64,000 nt of DNA, taken from Spirochaetia bacterium (lineage in GTDB: Bacteria > Spirochaetota > Spirochaetia > CADAEX01). Every line of letters begins with the position of its first letter. Position 1 is the first letter of the stretch. Below, piece after piece: positions 1 through 8,662 of this stretch. The stretch is taken from NCBI GenBank assembly GCA_017642445.1, contig JAGCPA010000077.1, positions 13,661 through 77,660 of the forward strand, in the 5' to 3' direction. The position numbers and the translations under genes were made by a program. The notes below the pieces were generated by a model. That model saw only the letters and a list, made by a program, of their open reading frames with translations. It did not search any database and was not told the origin of the DNA.

Positions 1-790
1 GGAGGGTACCATACTTGTCACAGGCCCTGCGGATTATCTGCCAATATTCTTTGGAAGGTATATAGGGGGTGCTCCGCATAGGCTCGGAAATGACAGCAGC
101 CACATCACCCTCCTTCTCCATTATGTATTCCACATATTTTGCCCACAGGATCTCCCACTCCTCCGGCTTTCCGATATCCATGAACCGGCGGTGGATGTCT
201 GGTGGCGGCACATGTTCGGTACCGCACATAAGGGGTCCGATTCCCTTGCGGAACACAGTCTCGCCGCTCAGGGAGATAGTATCAAGGGTAGCACCGTGGA
301 AGGAGTCCCACATTGAGATAGTCTTGTACTTGCCTGTGACAACACGGGCCAGCTTTATTGCCATGGAGTTGGCCTCTGCACCGCCGGGAGCAAAGAGCAC
401 TTTGTTGAGGTTTCCGGGGGTAAGGGATGCAATCTTCTTCGCAAAGTCCACAGCCACCTGGTTGGTGTATCTGCGCGGACAGAACGGAAGCTCATCCAGC
501 TGCTTTTTTACCGCAGCTATCACATCGGGATTGCCGTATCCCACCTGATGCACGTTGTTACCGTGGAAATCGATGTATCTGCGCCCCTCTATATCCTCTA
601 TCCAGGCCCCTTTTGCCCCTTTAAGGGCGTTCATGCATGGGGTGGAGAGAGACTGCTTGAGGAAGTATTTCTCATCTTCATCCAGAATAGCCTGAGTCTC
701 GGGGCCGATATGCTCCTTCTGCCACCTGAGCCGCTCCGGGGAGATATTCACATCTCCCTCGTTCTTAAGGGCATTGTCAATCTCTTTCAT
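1..790 (-). CDS. Class-III (PLP-dependent) aminotransferase, 3' end runs off the left edge of the window
   Basis: My own translation of the minus strand from ATG 790 (SD GGAGG 6 nt upstream) gives MKEIDNALKNE...IDFHGNNVHQVGYGNPDVIAAVKKQLDELPF...LFAPGGAEANSMAIKLARVVTGK...SFHGATLD. This is a typical class-III aminotransferase N-terminal half. It is not in the ORF track because it has no stop codon inside the window. Confidence 0.8.
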   Translation of the reverse strand, partial: MKEIDNALKNEGDVNISPERLRWQKEHIGPETQAILDEDEKYFLKQSLSTPCMNALKGAKGAWIEDIEGRRYIDFHGNNVHQVGYGNPDVIAAVKKQLDELPFCPRRYTNQVAVDFAKKIASLTPGNLNKVLFAPGGAEANSMAIKLARVVTGKYKTISMWDSFHGATLDTISLSGETVFRKGIGPLMCGTEHVPPPDIHRRFMDIGKPEEWEILWAKYVEYIMEKEGDVAAVISEPMRSTPYIPSKEYWQIIRRACDKYGTL

Positions 791-801
791 AGTTACCTCC
801 G

Positions 802-1323
802 TCAGAAGCCTGTAGTCTCATCGCCACGTATCATAAGAACTTTTCCGGTGCGGACGCTCTCCCTGATTCCATAGGGGGCAAAGGTGGTCTTAACCGCCTC
901 CATACGCTCGCTTGGGCCCGATACTTCAAAGGTGATGGTCTGGCTTCCGATGTCCACGATCTTTCCCTTGAATACCTCCACCAGAGGGAAGATATCGGCC
1001 CGCTTCTCGGGGGCACAGTCTATCTTGAGGATCGAGAGCTCCCTCTCTATGGTGTCCACATCGGTGTAGTCCTTTGCAGAGATGACATCCACCAGCTTGT
1101 TGAGCTGCTCTATGATAAGGTCCAGGATCGCCTTGTCCCCTGTTGCTGTGATAGTCATACGGGAAAAGCGTGGGTCGGTCTCCTCCGACACAACCAGGCT
1201 GTCGATGTTGTAACCGCGCCGGGCAAACACTAATGATATCCTGATGAGCACACCGGGTTTGTTGCTCACTAAAAGGCTTATGACATGCTTTCTATTACTT
1301 TTCATTCCGCTTCTCCTGCTCAA
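802..1323 (-). CDS. ilvN: Acetolactate synthase small (regulatory) subunit, ACT domain
   Basis: The 173-aa ORF contains [32 protein letters not shown], the ACT motif of IlvN/IlvH. It overlaps the end of ilvB. Confidence 0.85.
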   Translation of the reverse strand: MSRRSGMKSNRKHVISLLVSNKPGVLIRISLVFARRGYNIDSLVVSEETDPRFSRMTITATGDKAILDLIIEQLNKLVDVISAKDYTDVDTIERELSILKIDCAPEKRADIFPLVEVFKGKIVDIGSQTITFEVSGPSERMEAVKTTFAPYGIRESVRTGKVLMIRGDETTGF

Positions 1324-2989
1324 GAATCATTCCGCTCAAAGGCTTTCCGGCCGGAACCATAGGATAGACATTGGCCTCCCGGTCCACCTCCACATTCACC
1401 ACAACAGGCCCTTTGTAGGCCATGGCCGACTTCATGATGCGCCGCACATCGGCAGAACGGCGGATGGAATAGCCCTTGATGCCGTAGCTCTTGGCCAGCT
1501 GCACAAAGTTTGGGTTCCCCACCATCTCCACGCAGGAGAGGCGGTTGCCGTAGAATATGTTCTGCCACTGCCGCACCATACCGAGGAAGTGATTGTTCAT
1601 TATGAATATCTTTACCGGCAGCTTGTTAACAGCTATTACAGCCAGCTCCTCCATAGTCATCTGGAAGCCGCCGTCGCCCACAATTGCGGCAACCACACGG
1701 TCGGGACACCCGATCTGGGCCCCTATGGCTGCCGGGAAGCCGAAGCCCATGGTGCCGGCACCGCCCGATGAGAGCCACTGGTTGGGGAAATCGGCCTTGT
1801 AGTACTGGGCGGCCCACATCTGATGCTGCCCTACATCGGTAGCCACAATAGCCTGCCCTTTTGTAATTCTGAAGAGCTCCTCCACAACATGGGGAACCTT
1901 TACTTTTGTACCCTTGCGATATTTGAGGGGAAACTCCTTCTTAAGCTTCTTGATCCGCTTTATCCAGGCTTCGGTATCCCCTCTGGCACAGAGACCGCAG
2001 AGAATCTCCATGACACGCTTTGCCTGGCCTACTATTCCTACATCAACCTTTATAGTCTTGTCTATCTCCGACGGGTCTATATCTATATGAATCTTTACAG
2101 CACCCTGACAGAATGTGGCAGGGGTGCCTGCAATGCGGTCGTCCCACCGTGAGCCGATGGACATAACCAGGTCGCACTCCTCAAGGGCCTTGTTGGCATA
2201 GGCGGTGCCATGCATTCCTGCCATGCCCAGAGACAGCGGATGTGTCTCTGGGAACACACCTTTGCCCAGCAGTGTGTTTGCCACCGGGATCTGCATCTTC
2301 TCGGCAAAGGTGCGCACCGCCTGGCATGCGCCCGATATAAGGGCGCCGTGCCCCACAAGAAGCACCGGCCGTTTTGCATCAACCAGATAGTCGGCTGCAG
2401 CCATAACCTTGCCCAGGTTGGGCTCCCCGTCCAGCTTGTAGCCGGGCAGGTCGCAGGTGTCGGGTGTGTTCACCGGTATAGGGAACTCTGCCACATTCTT
2501 AGGAATGTCGATAAGAACCGGTCCCGGACGGCCGGTGCGGGCTATGATGAAGGCCTCCTTGACAATCCTAGGGATGTCGACAGCTTTCTTTATAAGATAA
2601 GAATGTTTGACTATAGGGAATGTGATACCTGATACATCAACCTCCTGGAAGGCATCGGTACCCAGGTTGGCAACCGACTGCTGGCCGCAGATTATGACCA
2701 GCGGGACAGAGTCCATCTTGGCAGTGAAGATGCCAGATACTGTGTTGGTGGCACCCGGGCCTGATGTTACAAGCACTACTCCTGGTTTTCCGGTGGCACG
2801 GGCATAGCCGTCTGCCATATGCACTGCCCCCTGCTCGTGCCGGGCCAGCATGAATTTGATAGGCGATTCCAGGAGCGCATCGAAGATATCGATGGCACTT
2901 GCCCCAGGATAACCGAAAATGTATTCAACTCCCTCTTTGTGGAGTTTGTCTATGAGTATTTCTGCCCCTTTTTTATAGCCAGCTTCCAT
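1295..2989 (-). CDS. ilvB: Acetolactate synthase large subunit (ThDP-dependent)
   Basis: Full-length similarity pattern to IlvB ([20 protein letters not shown], ThDP-binding GDGGFQM...NN). I prefer ATG 2989 ([10 protein letters not shown]) because a GAGGAA SD lies 5 nt upstream. The ORF-track start at 3061 would read through the promoter. Confidence 0.9.
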   Translation of the reverse strand: MEAGYKKGAEILIDKLHKEGVEYIFGYPGASAIDIFDALLESPIKFMLARHEQGAVHMADGYARATGKPGVVLVTSGPGATNTVSGIFTAKMDSVPLVIICGQQSVANLGTDAFQEVDVSGITFPIVKHSYLIKKAVDIPRIVKEAFIIARTGRPGPVLIDIPKNVAEFPIPVNTPDTCDLPGYKLDGEPNLGKVMAAADYLVDAKRPVLLVGHGALISGACQAVRTFAEKMQIPVANTLLGKGVFPETHPLSLGMAGMHGTAYANKALEECDLVMSIGSRWDDRIAGTPATFCQGAVKIHIDIDPSEIDKTIKVDVGIVGQAKRVMEILCGLCARGDTEAWIKRIKKLKKEFPLKYRKGTKVKVPHVVEELFRITKGQAIVATDVGQHQMWAAQYYKADFPNQWLSSGGAGTMGFGFPAAIGAQIGCPDRVVAAIVGDGGFQMTMEELAVIAVNKLPVKIFIMNNHFLGMVRQWQNIFYGNRLSCVEMVGNPNFVQLAKSYGIKGYSIRRSADVRRIMKSAMAYKGPVVVNVEVDREANVYPMVPAGKPLSGMILEQEKRNEK

Positions 2990-3031
2990 ATTTTCCTCTG
3001 AAAAAGTTAAAAATTTACCAAAATTTGATTT

Positions 3032-3061
3032 ATTATACGCTTTTTGAGGAATATATGTCAA
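3032..3061 (-). promoter_or_regulatory. Near-consensus sigma70-type promoter for ilvBN
   Basis: The minus strand reads TTGACA, an 18-nt spacer, then TATAAT, about 40 nt upstream of ilvB ATG 2989. The leader is too short for a T-box or attenuator. Confidence 0.6.
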
Positions 3062-3082
3062 GAAAATTTACCGATTTTTGCT

Positions 3083-3436
3083 TTAGACTTGGGTTTTCTC
3101 TTTCAGATTCTCAAGAATTTTCCGTTTTTTCAGGGCATCTGCATAGACGGCGTTGGCCTCTGCCTTCTCTTTTTTTATAATCTCAAGCTGTTTTTCCAGC
3201 TCCAGCGCCTCTTCCTTGAGAGATGTGAGATGAGCCTGCAGAGGGGCAAGGCTCCCAGGAGTCTGGATGGAGCTTACAAAATCGGCATAGAGCTGTGACT
3301 GTTTTTTCTTTATTTTATCAAGGTCGTTCTGAAGCTGGTTGAGCCGGGCATCGATATCGGAAAGCTTTGCGGCGGCATACCGCTCATCCATGATTCGGAT
3401 CTCTAAAAGCTTTTCCAGCCGGAACTCTTTCTTCAT
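3083..3436 (-). CDS. fliJ: Flagellar/T3SS export chaperone-stalk protein FliJ-like (coiled coil)
   Basis: 117 aa and all-helical. The N-terminus FRLEKLLEIRIMDERYAAAKL is typical of FliJ. It sits immediately after fliI with a 4-nt overlap. Confidence 0.65.
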   Translation of the reverse strand: MKKEFRLEKLLEIRIMDERYAAAKLSDIDARLNQLQNDLDKIKKKQSQLYADFVSSIQTPGSLAPLQAHLTSLKEEALELEKQLEIIKKEKAEANAVYADALKKRKILENLKEKTQV

Positions 3437-4749
3437 CGGATGCCTGCTATGGACATAGCGTTATCCATGCTCTCCTGGAAGGAGGCCTTCTCCTTGAGAT
3501 CCTGGATAAGGAACCGGTCTATCATATCATGCTTCTCTATAGCAAGGTCTATGGCTCTGTTTGTGCCACGGTTGTACGCACCCACATTAATAAGATCCTC
3601 TGCATCGCGGTAGACAGCCATGTGATGCTTTATCACCTCGGCAGCCTTGAGCAGGTTGGCAGGAGCAACACGCACAGCGCTTCTGGAGACAGACTGAAGC
3701 ACATCCACAGCCGGATAGTGGCCTGCCTCGGAAAGTTTTCTCGAGAGGATTATATGGCCGTCCAGGAAGCCCTCTGCGCTGTCTGAGATAGGCTCGTCCC
3801 TGTCATCCCCTTCCACCAGCACAGTGAAGAAGCCTGTGAGGGTTCCCTTGTCTGAGTTCGCACACCGCTCAAGAAGCTTGGGCATCTCGGTGAATACCGA
3901 CGGCGGATAGCCTCTGGTCGCAGGAACCTCTCCGATAGAGAGACCTATCTCGCTCTGAGCCCTGGCAAAACGGGAAAGGGAATCGAAGAAAAGCATGACA
4001 TTCTTTCCCTGGTCCCTGAAATGCTCTGCCACAGTTACAGCAGTATAAGCGCCGCGGACACGGCAAACCGGGGATGTGTCAGAGGTTGATACAACCACAA
4101 CTGACTTGGCCAGCTTCTCCTCGCCAAGGTCGTTCCTTATGAACTCCCCCACCTCGCGGCCACGCTCGCCTACAAGCGCTATGACATTTATATCGGCCTG
4201 GGTGTTCCGGGCTATCATTCCTAAAAGTGTGGTCTTACCTGTACCTGCTGGAGAGAATATTCCAAGCCGCTGGCCAAGCCCTACTGTAAGGAGGGAATCT
4301 ATGGAGCGGACTCCCGTCTCCACGCTCTCCTGCACCATCTGGCGGTTAAGGATATCAGGCGGGGTGCCGAATACAGACTTTTTCTTTCCGAAGCCTATCG
4401 GCCCCTTGCCGTCCAACGGATTTCCCATGCTGTCTATTACGCGTCCCAACAGCGAGTTGGTCATAGGTATTCCGAGGCTGCGTCCTGTGGCCACCACCTG
4501 GCATCCCATCTGGATTCCCACAGCGCTGCCATAGGTTATTAGACGCACCTTGGAGCCGTCTATTGCAACAACCTCAGCCGGCACAGGGTTCTCTTTCTCG
4601 GGCAGATATATCTGGCACAGCTCTCCTACCATGGCCTGTGGCCCTATGCTCTCTATCATAAAGCCTGTAACCTTGGTCACCATGCCTGTGTAGCGGCAGG
4701 GCTGTGAATTCTCTATTATCCGGACAAAACGCTCAAGATCACTCTTCAT
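3433..4749 (-). CDS. fliI: Flagellum-specific/T3SS ATPase FliI
   Basis: F1/V1-like ATPase with Walker A SPAGTGKTTLLGMIAR and Walker B VMLFFDSLSRFARAQSEIG. I prefer ATG 4749 (MKSDLERF), which has AGGAG 9 nt upstream. The ORF-track start is 4794. Confidence 0.9.
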   Translation of the reverse strand: MKSDLERFVRIIENSQPCRYTGMVTKVTGFMIESIGPQAMVGELCQIYLPEKENPVPAEVVAIDGSKVRLITYGSAVGIQMGCQVVATGRSLGIPMTNSLLGRVIDSMGNPLDGKGPIGFGKKKSVFGTPPDILNRQMVQESVETGVRSIDSLLTVGLGQRLGIFSPAGTGKTTLLGMIARNTQADINVIALVGERGREVGEFIRNDLGEEKLAKSVVVVSTSDTSPVCRVRGAYTAVTVAEHFRDQGKNVMLFFDSLSRFARAQSEIGLSIGEVPATRGYPPSVFTEMPKLLERCANSDKGTLTGFFTVLVEGDDRDEPISDSAEGFLDGHIILSRKLSEAGHYPAVDVLQSVSRSAVRVAPANLLKAAEVIKHHMAVYRDAEDLINVGAYNRGTNRAIDLAIEKHDMIDRFLIQDLKEKASFQESMDNAMSIAGIR

Positions 4750-5398
4750 GCAGGCTGCTCCTGATAGAAGAAAGCTGGGTGGAAATCCTGGCATCTACGC
4801 CCCCTGTGGTGCTCTCCACCACACAGCCACCCTGCTCCACCGAATGGTCTTCGGCTATTTTTATAGATTCCACCTTGTCGAACATATTAAGAAGAAGGGA
4901 ACGGTATTCCCTTGCCACATCCATATCGGCCAGGTTCACACGGAGCACCACAGGACTCTTCTCCTTGAGGAGCCCAAGGGCATACTCGGCATTGCGCACC
5001 GCAATATCACGCTGCTTTGCACACGACGCCTTCACAACCTTTCCCGCAATCTCAACTGCCAGGTCAACGATATCGTGCTTGGCATTCTCAAGGATATTCC
5101 GCTTGCACTCATCGACATCGCGGGTTATGACCTCGAGCTGGCTTATAAGTCTGTTAACCTGGTCAAGCCCTTTCTCGAAGCCTTCCTTCTCCCCTTTTGC
5201 AAAGCCCTCTTTCTTTGCCTCTTCGTAGGCCTGGGTTCTGATTCTCTCGGCCTCGGACTTTGCCTCCTGACGGATCCGTGCGGCATCGCCGCTGGCTTTC
5301 TCCAGCTGCACCATAAGGTTTCTGCTCTCTGCCTGGACATCTATATGGGAAGCTCTTTCCAGCTCTTCCACATCTATGGCTTTGAATACATCTGTCAT
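4739..5398 (-). CDS. fliH: FliH-like ATPase regulator/peripheral stalk
   Basis: 219 aa with an E/K-rich coiled N-terminal half and a C-terminal FliH/SctL-like domain (VVLRVNLADMD...GGCVVESTTGGVDARI). It lies between fliG and fliI. Confidence 0.7.
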   Translation of the reverse strand: MTDVFKAIDVEELERASHIDVQAESRNLMVQLEKASGDAARIRQEAKSEAERIRTQAYEEAKKEGFAKGEKEGFEKGLDQVNRLISQLEVITRDVDECKRNILENAKHDIVDLAVEIAGKVVKASCAKQRDIAVRNAEYALGLLKEKSPVVLRVNLADMDVAREYRSLLLNMFDKVESIKIAEDHSVEQGGCVVESTTGGVDARISTQLSSIRSSLHEE

Positions 5399-6375
5399 TT
5401 AGGGCCTCCTGCTTTTCTGACGGCAGCCAGTATCTGGCGCTGGGACTCCTCTATCTCCTTGAGTCTTATAGGCTTGGAATCGGGCTGGGATAGAATCTGG
5501 GAACGTTCCGGATCAAGGTTTGCCAATACTTTCTCGCGTGCCTCGTAGCTTGCTGTCCTCAATGCTTTTGCTATGTCATCGGATGAGACACCTGCAAGGA
5601 CAGAGCACAGGATCTCATCATCTATCTTGACTAAATCATCAAACACAAGGATCTGGGATGCCAGTTCCTCTGAGAGTTTTGTGTTGCTCCGGCGGATATC
5701 GGAAAGGATGTCGGCACCTGTCTTCCTGTCCATCCGGTTCAGGATATTCATCATGCTCTCTATACCGCCAGCCTCCTTGTAGCCGGAAAGGTCAAAGAGG
5801 GCAAGCTTCTTCTCAAGCACTTTCTCCACGTTGCGCAGCATCTCGGGAGATGTCCTGTCCATGACTGCAATGCGCCGTGCCACATCGGACTGGATGCTTC
5901 TGGGCAGTGCCGAAAGGATTCTGGATGCGGCCTCGGGCTCAAGATATGCAAGAACCAGGGCAATAGTCTGGGGCTGCTCGAACTTGAGGAACGATACAAG
6001 GCGGTCGCTCTGCACACGCTTGACAAATTCAAACGGCTTCTTGTGGAGGAATACCGATATCTTCTGGATAATCTCGTCGGCCCGCTTCTCTCCGAAGGCC
6101 TTGGAGAGCAGTTTCCTGGCATAGTCCACTCCGCCTGTGGCAATGTAGTTCCGGGCTGTGGCCAGCTCTCTGAACTCGTAGAGCACCTGGGAGAGAGTGT
6201 TGGAATCCACCTTCTCGGTAGAGGCTATCTGATATGAGAGTATCTCCACATCCTGGGCATTAAGATGTCCGAAGACCTGTGCAGACGGCTCGCATCCGAG
6301 CGCCAGGAGGAATATGGCGGCTTTTTCTTTGCCTGAAAGCTTTTTTATGGCTGCAGCTTTCTTCAGTCTTGGCAT
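5395..6375 (-). CDS. fliG: Flagellar rotor/switch protein FliG-like
   Basis: 326 aa. FliG signatures span the N, middle and C domains (SGKEKAAIFLLALG, EQPQTIALVLAYLEPEAASRIL, GGIESMMNILN, LVFDDLVKIDD). The C-terminal torque-helix region is atypical (see findings). Confidence 0.85.
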   Translation of the reverse strand: MPRLKKAAAIKKLSGKEKAAIFLLALGCEPSAQVFGHLNAQDVEILSYQIASTEKVDSNTLSQVLYEFRELATARNYIATGGVDYARKLLSKAFGEKRADEIIQKISVFLHKKPFEFVKRVQSDRLVSFLKFEQPQTIALVLAYLEPEAASRILSALPRSIQSDVARRIAVMDRTSPEMLRNVEKVLEKKLALFDLSGYKEAGGIESMMNILNRMDRKTGADILSDIRRSNTKLSEELASQILVFDDLVKIDDEILCSVLAGVSSDDIAKALRTASYEAREKVLANLDPERSQILSQPDSKPIRLKEIEESQRQILAAVRKAGGPK

Positions 6376-6376
6376 A

Positions 6377-7321
6377 TCAATCCTCCGACAGCCAGGTTTT
6401 TACAAGGCGTGCAACCTCTTCCGGGTTCTGGGATGCCATGTTGCGCGCATCTTCCAGTATGGCCTCTTTCTTCTTCTTTCCGAAAATCAGGATAAGGATT
6501 ACGGCAAGCAGCACCACTGCCAGAGAGACAGCGGCTGCATATGCGATGTTGCGGCCTACAGGAAGCCTGTCAAAGATATCCTGCTCTGCCGGAACCTGTG
6601 TCAAAGGCTTTACTGCAGGGATGGCTGGGGAGGTGCCCATTCCTGCATAGTCCGAGAGAAGATTTCCGGCTGTGTCGCTGATAGTTATATTCTTGTCCTC
6701 AAGCCCTTCCACCGCAAACTTGACCAGCTTGATTATTCCCTGGATCTTCTTTGGGTTTGATACAATGTCAGAGCCTGGATGGGGGGTGATGATAATGGAG
6801 GCAGAGACATCCTTCTGGTCTTCGGTGAAAAGTGATTTTTCCGGCATAACCAGAGTTATTCTGGCCCGGTCTACATCGGCAAGGGCCTCGATATGCTGCT
6901 CAAGGCTCAGGCTGATTGCCCGCCGAAGGTTCACGTTGCGCTCGAAGTCGGTGGTGGTCCACCTGTCCATCTTGAACACATCCCATGGGGAGGCATTCTT
7001 CGGAACCAGGTCCTCTCTGACAAGCAGGGCAATCATCTTCTGGGCATCGCCCTTGCTCTGGAGATAGATCATTCCGTCGGAAATCTTGTGGGAAACTCCC
7101 TCCTGATCAAGACGGAGCGATATGGCGTTGAGCAGTGTGCTGTCTGCAATTTTTGCTGTGAACAGCGGAGTCATGAAAGATGTGGAGCCCGCTGAGCTTA
7201 TGAAGACAATAAGGGCAAAGGCAATTGCCAATATCAAGATAATCGAGACTTTCTGTGCCTGCCTAAGCTTTTTCCAGAATTGTCCTATACTGCTGAAAAA
7301 CTCCTTTATTTGTCCTTTCAT
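6377..7321 (-). CDS. fliF: Short FliF/SctJ-family ring protein (RBM1+RBM2 only, TM2 and FliG-binding tail retained)
   Basis: 314 aa. Layout is TM1 (~25-43), then the YscJ/FliF-type region (LVREDLVPKN..WDVF..DRWTTTDFERNVNLRRA..LE..I..L..V..A.I.LVMPEKSLF), TM2 (~259-280), and the C-terminal NPEEVARLVKTWLSED. Canonical FliF is ~530-570 aa. A strong SD (GGGAGGGG) precedes the start. Confidence 0.75.
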   Translation of the reverse strand: MKGQIKEFFSSIGQFWKKLRQAQKVSIILILAIAFALIVFISSAGSTSFMTPLFTAKIADSTLLNAISLRLDQEGVSHKISDGMIYLQSKGDAQKMIALLVREDLVPKNASPWDVFKMDRWTTTDFERNVNLRRAISLSLEQHIEALADVDRARITLVMPEKSLFTEDQKDVSASIIITPHPGSDIVSNPKKIQGIIKLVKFAVEGLEDKNITISDTAGNLLSDYAGMGTSPAIPAVKPLTQVPAEQDIFDRLPVGRNIAYAAAVSLAVVLLAVILILIFGKKKKEAILEDARNMASQNPEEVARLVKTWLSED

Positions 7322-7354
7322 AACCCCTCCCTGATCTAAAAGAACTTATATAAT

Positions 7355-8662
7355 CTACAAGATATATCTTGCCAGATCCTGATCCCCTAACACGCCGTTC
7401 AGCCTGTCGTCCACATACTGCGGCGTAACTGTTATAGTCTGTCCCTTGAGCTCCGGTGCTGCGAAGGAGACCTCCTCCAGAAGCAGCTCCATTATTGTAT
7501 GCAGCCGTCTTGCCCCGATGTTCTCGGAGCCTGCATTGAGCTCCTGTGCTATATATGCGATCCGTTTCACTGCCTCGTCGGTGAACTCAAGCTTGACATC
7601 TTCGGTCTCCATAAGAGCCTTGTACTGCTTTATAAGCGCGTTCTGAGGCTGTGTCAGAATCTTCTCGAACTCTGCTGCCTGCAGCGGCTCAAGCTCCACC
7701 CGAAGCGGGAACCGTCCCTGAAGCTCAGGGATAAGGTCCGAAGGCTTGCTCATGTGGAACGCACCTGCGGCAATGAAAAGGATGTGGGTTGTGTCCACCA
7801 TTCCGAACTTGGTGTTCACCTTGCACCCTTCAACTATAGGCAGGATATCCCGCTGGACTCCTTCTCTGGAGACATCTGCACCGCTGGTGTTCTGCCTTCC
7901 AGCCACCTTGTCGATCTCGTCTATGAATACGATGCCCATCTCCTGGGTCCGTGTCTTCGCAATCTCTGCAACCTTGTCGCTGTCTATCAGCTTGTCAATC
8001 TCTTCCTCTAGCAGAATCTCGCGGGCATGCTTCACTGTGGTGCGCCGTTTTTTCTTCTTGTTGCCCATTACTCCGGTTATGCTTCCGAAGTTGATGCCCA
8101 TATCCTCAAGGCCTGTGCCGGCAAAGATCTCCATGGGCTGGAAACCTGCTCTGGTCACATCTATCTCTATCTGGTGCTCCTCAAGCTCCCCGTCCCTGAG
8201 CTTATTACGGAACTTCTCGCGGAGCTGTTCCTCTTTGTTTCCCGGGAGCAGAAGATCAAGGAGCTGCTCCTCCACCCTTACCTTCGCATCCTCCATGACA
8301 GTGCTCCGCATCTCGGTCTTGACCATATTCACAGCTACTGCCATAAGATCGCGGATTATGGACTCAACATCGCGGCCCACATAGCCTACTTCGGTATATT
8401 TGGTAGCCTCCACTTTTACAAACGGAGCACCAGAGAGCTTTGAGAGGCGGCGGGCAATCTCGGTCTTTCCTACACCGGTTGAGCCGATCATGATGATATT
8501 CTTAGGAATAACCTCTTCCCGCAATGACTCGGGCAGCATCTTCCGCCGCACCCGGTTCCGCAGTGCCATGGCCACAGTGCGCTTCGCCTTGTCCTGGCCG
8601 ATTATATATTTATCAAGTTCCTCTACTATCTGCTTTGGAGTAAGCTTATCAAAATCAAGCAT
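7355..8662 (-). CDS. hslU: ATP-dependent protease ATPase subunit HslU
   Basis: TPKQIVEELDKYIIGQDKAKR, Walker A GSTGVGKTEIARRLS, and IVFIDEIDKV give a full-length HslU pattern. Confidence 0.95.
   Translation of the reverse strand: MLDFDKLTPKQIVEELDKYIIGQDKAKRTVAMALRNRVRRKMLPESLREEVIPKNIIMIGSTGVGKTEIARRLSKLSGAPFVKVEATKYTEVGYVGRDVESIIRDLMAVAVNMVKTEMRSTVMEDAKVRVEEQLLDLLLPGNKEEQLREKFRNKLRDGELEEHQIEIDVTRAGFQPMEIFAGTGLEDMGINFGSITGVMGNKKKKRRTTVKHAREILLEEEIDKLIDSDKVAEIAKTRTQEMGIVFIDEIDKVAGRQNTSGADVSREGVQRDILPIVEGCKVNTKFGMVDTTHILFIAAGAFHMSKPSDLIPELQGRFPLRVELEPLQAAEFEKILTQPQNALIKQYKALMETEDVKLEFTDEAVKRIAYIAQELNAGSENIGARRLHTIMELLLEEVSFAAPELKGQTITVTPQYVDDRLNGVLGDQDLARYIL

Noticed and set aside
69-874. Plus-strand ORFs at the left edge (69-548, 427-624, 548-874)
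   Set aside because: They lie antisense to a well-supported class-III aminotransferase gene, which runs on the minus strand from ATG 790 off the window edge.
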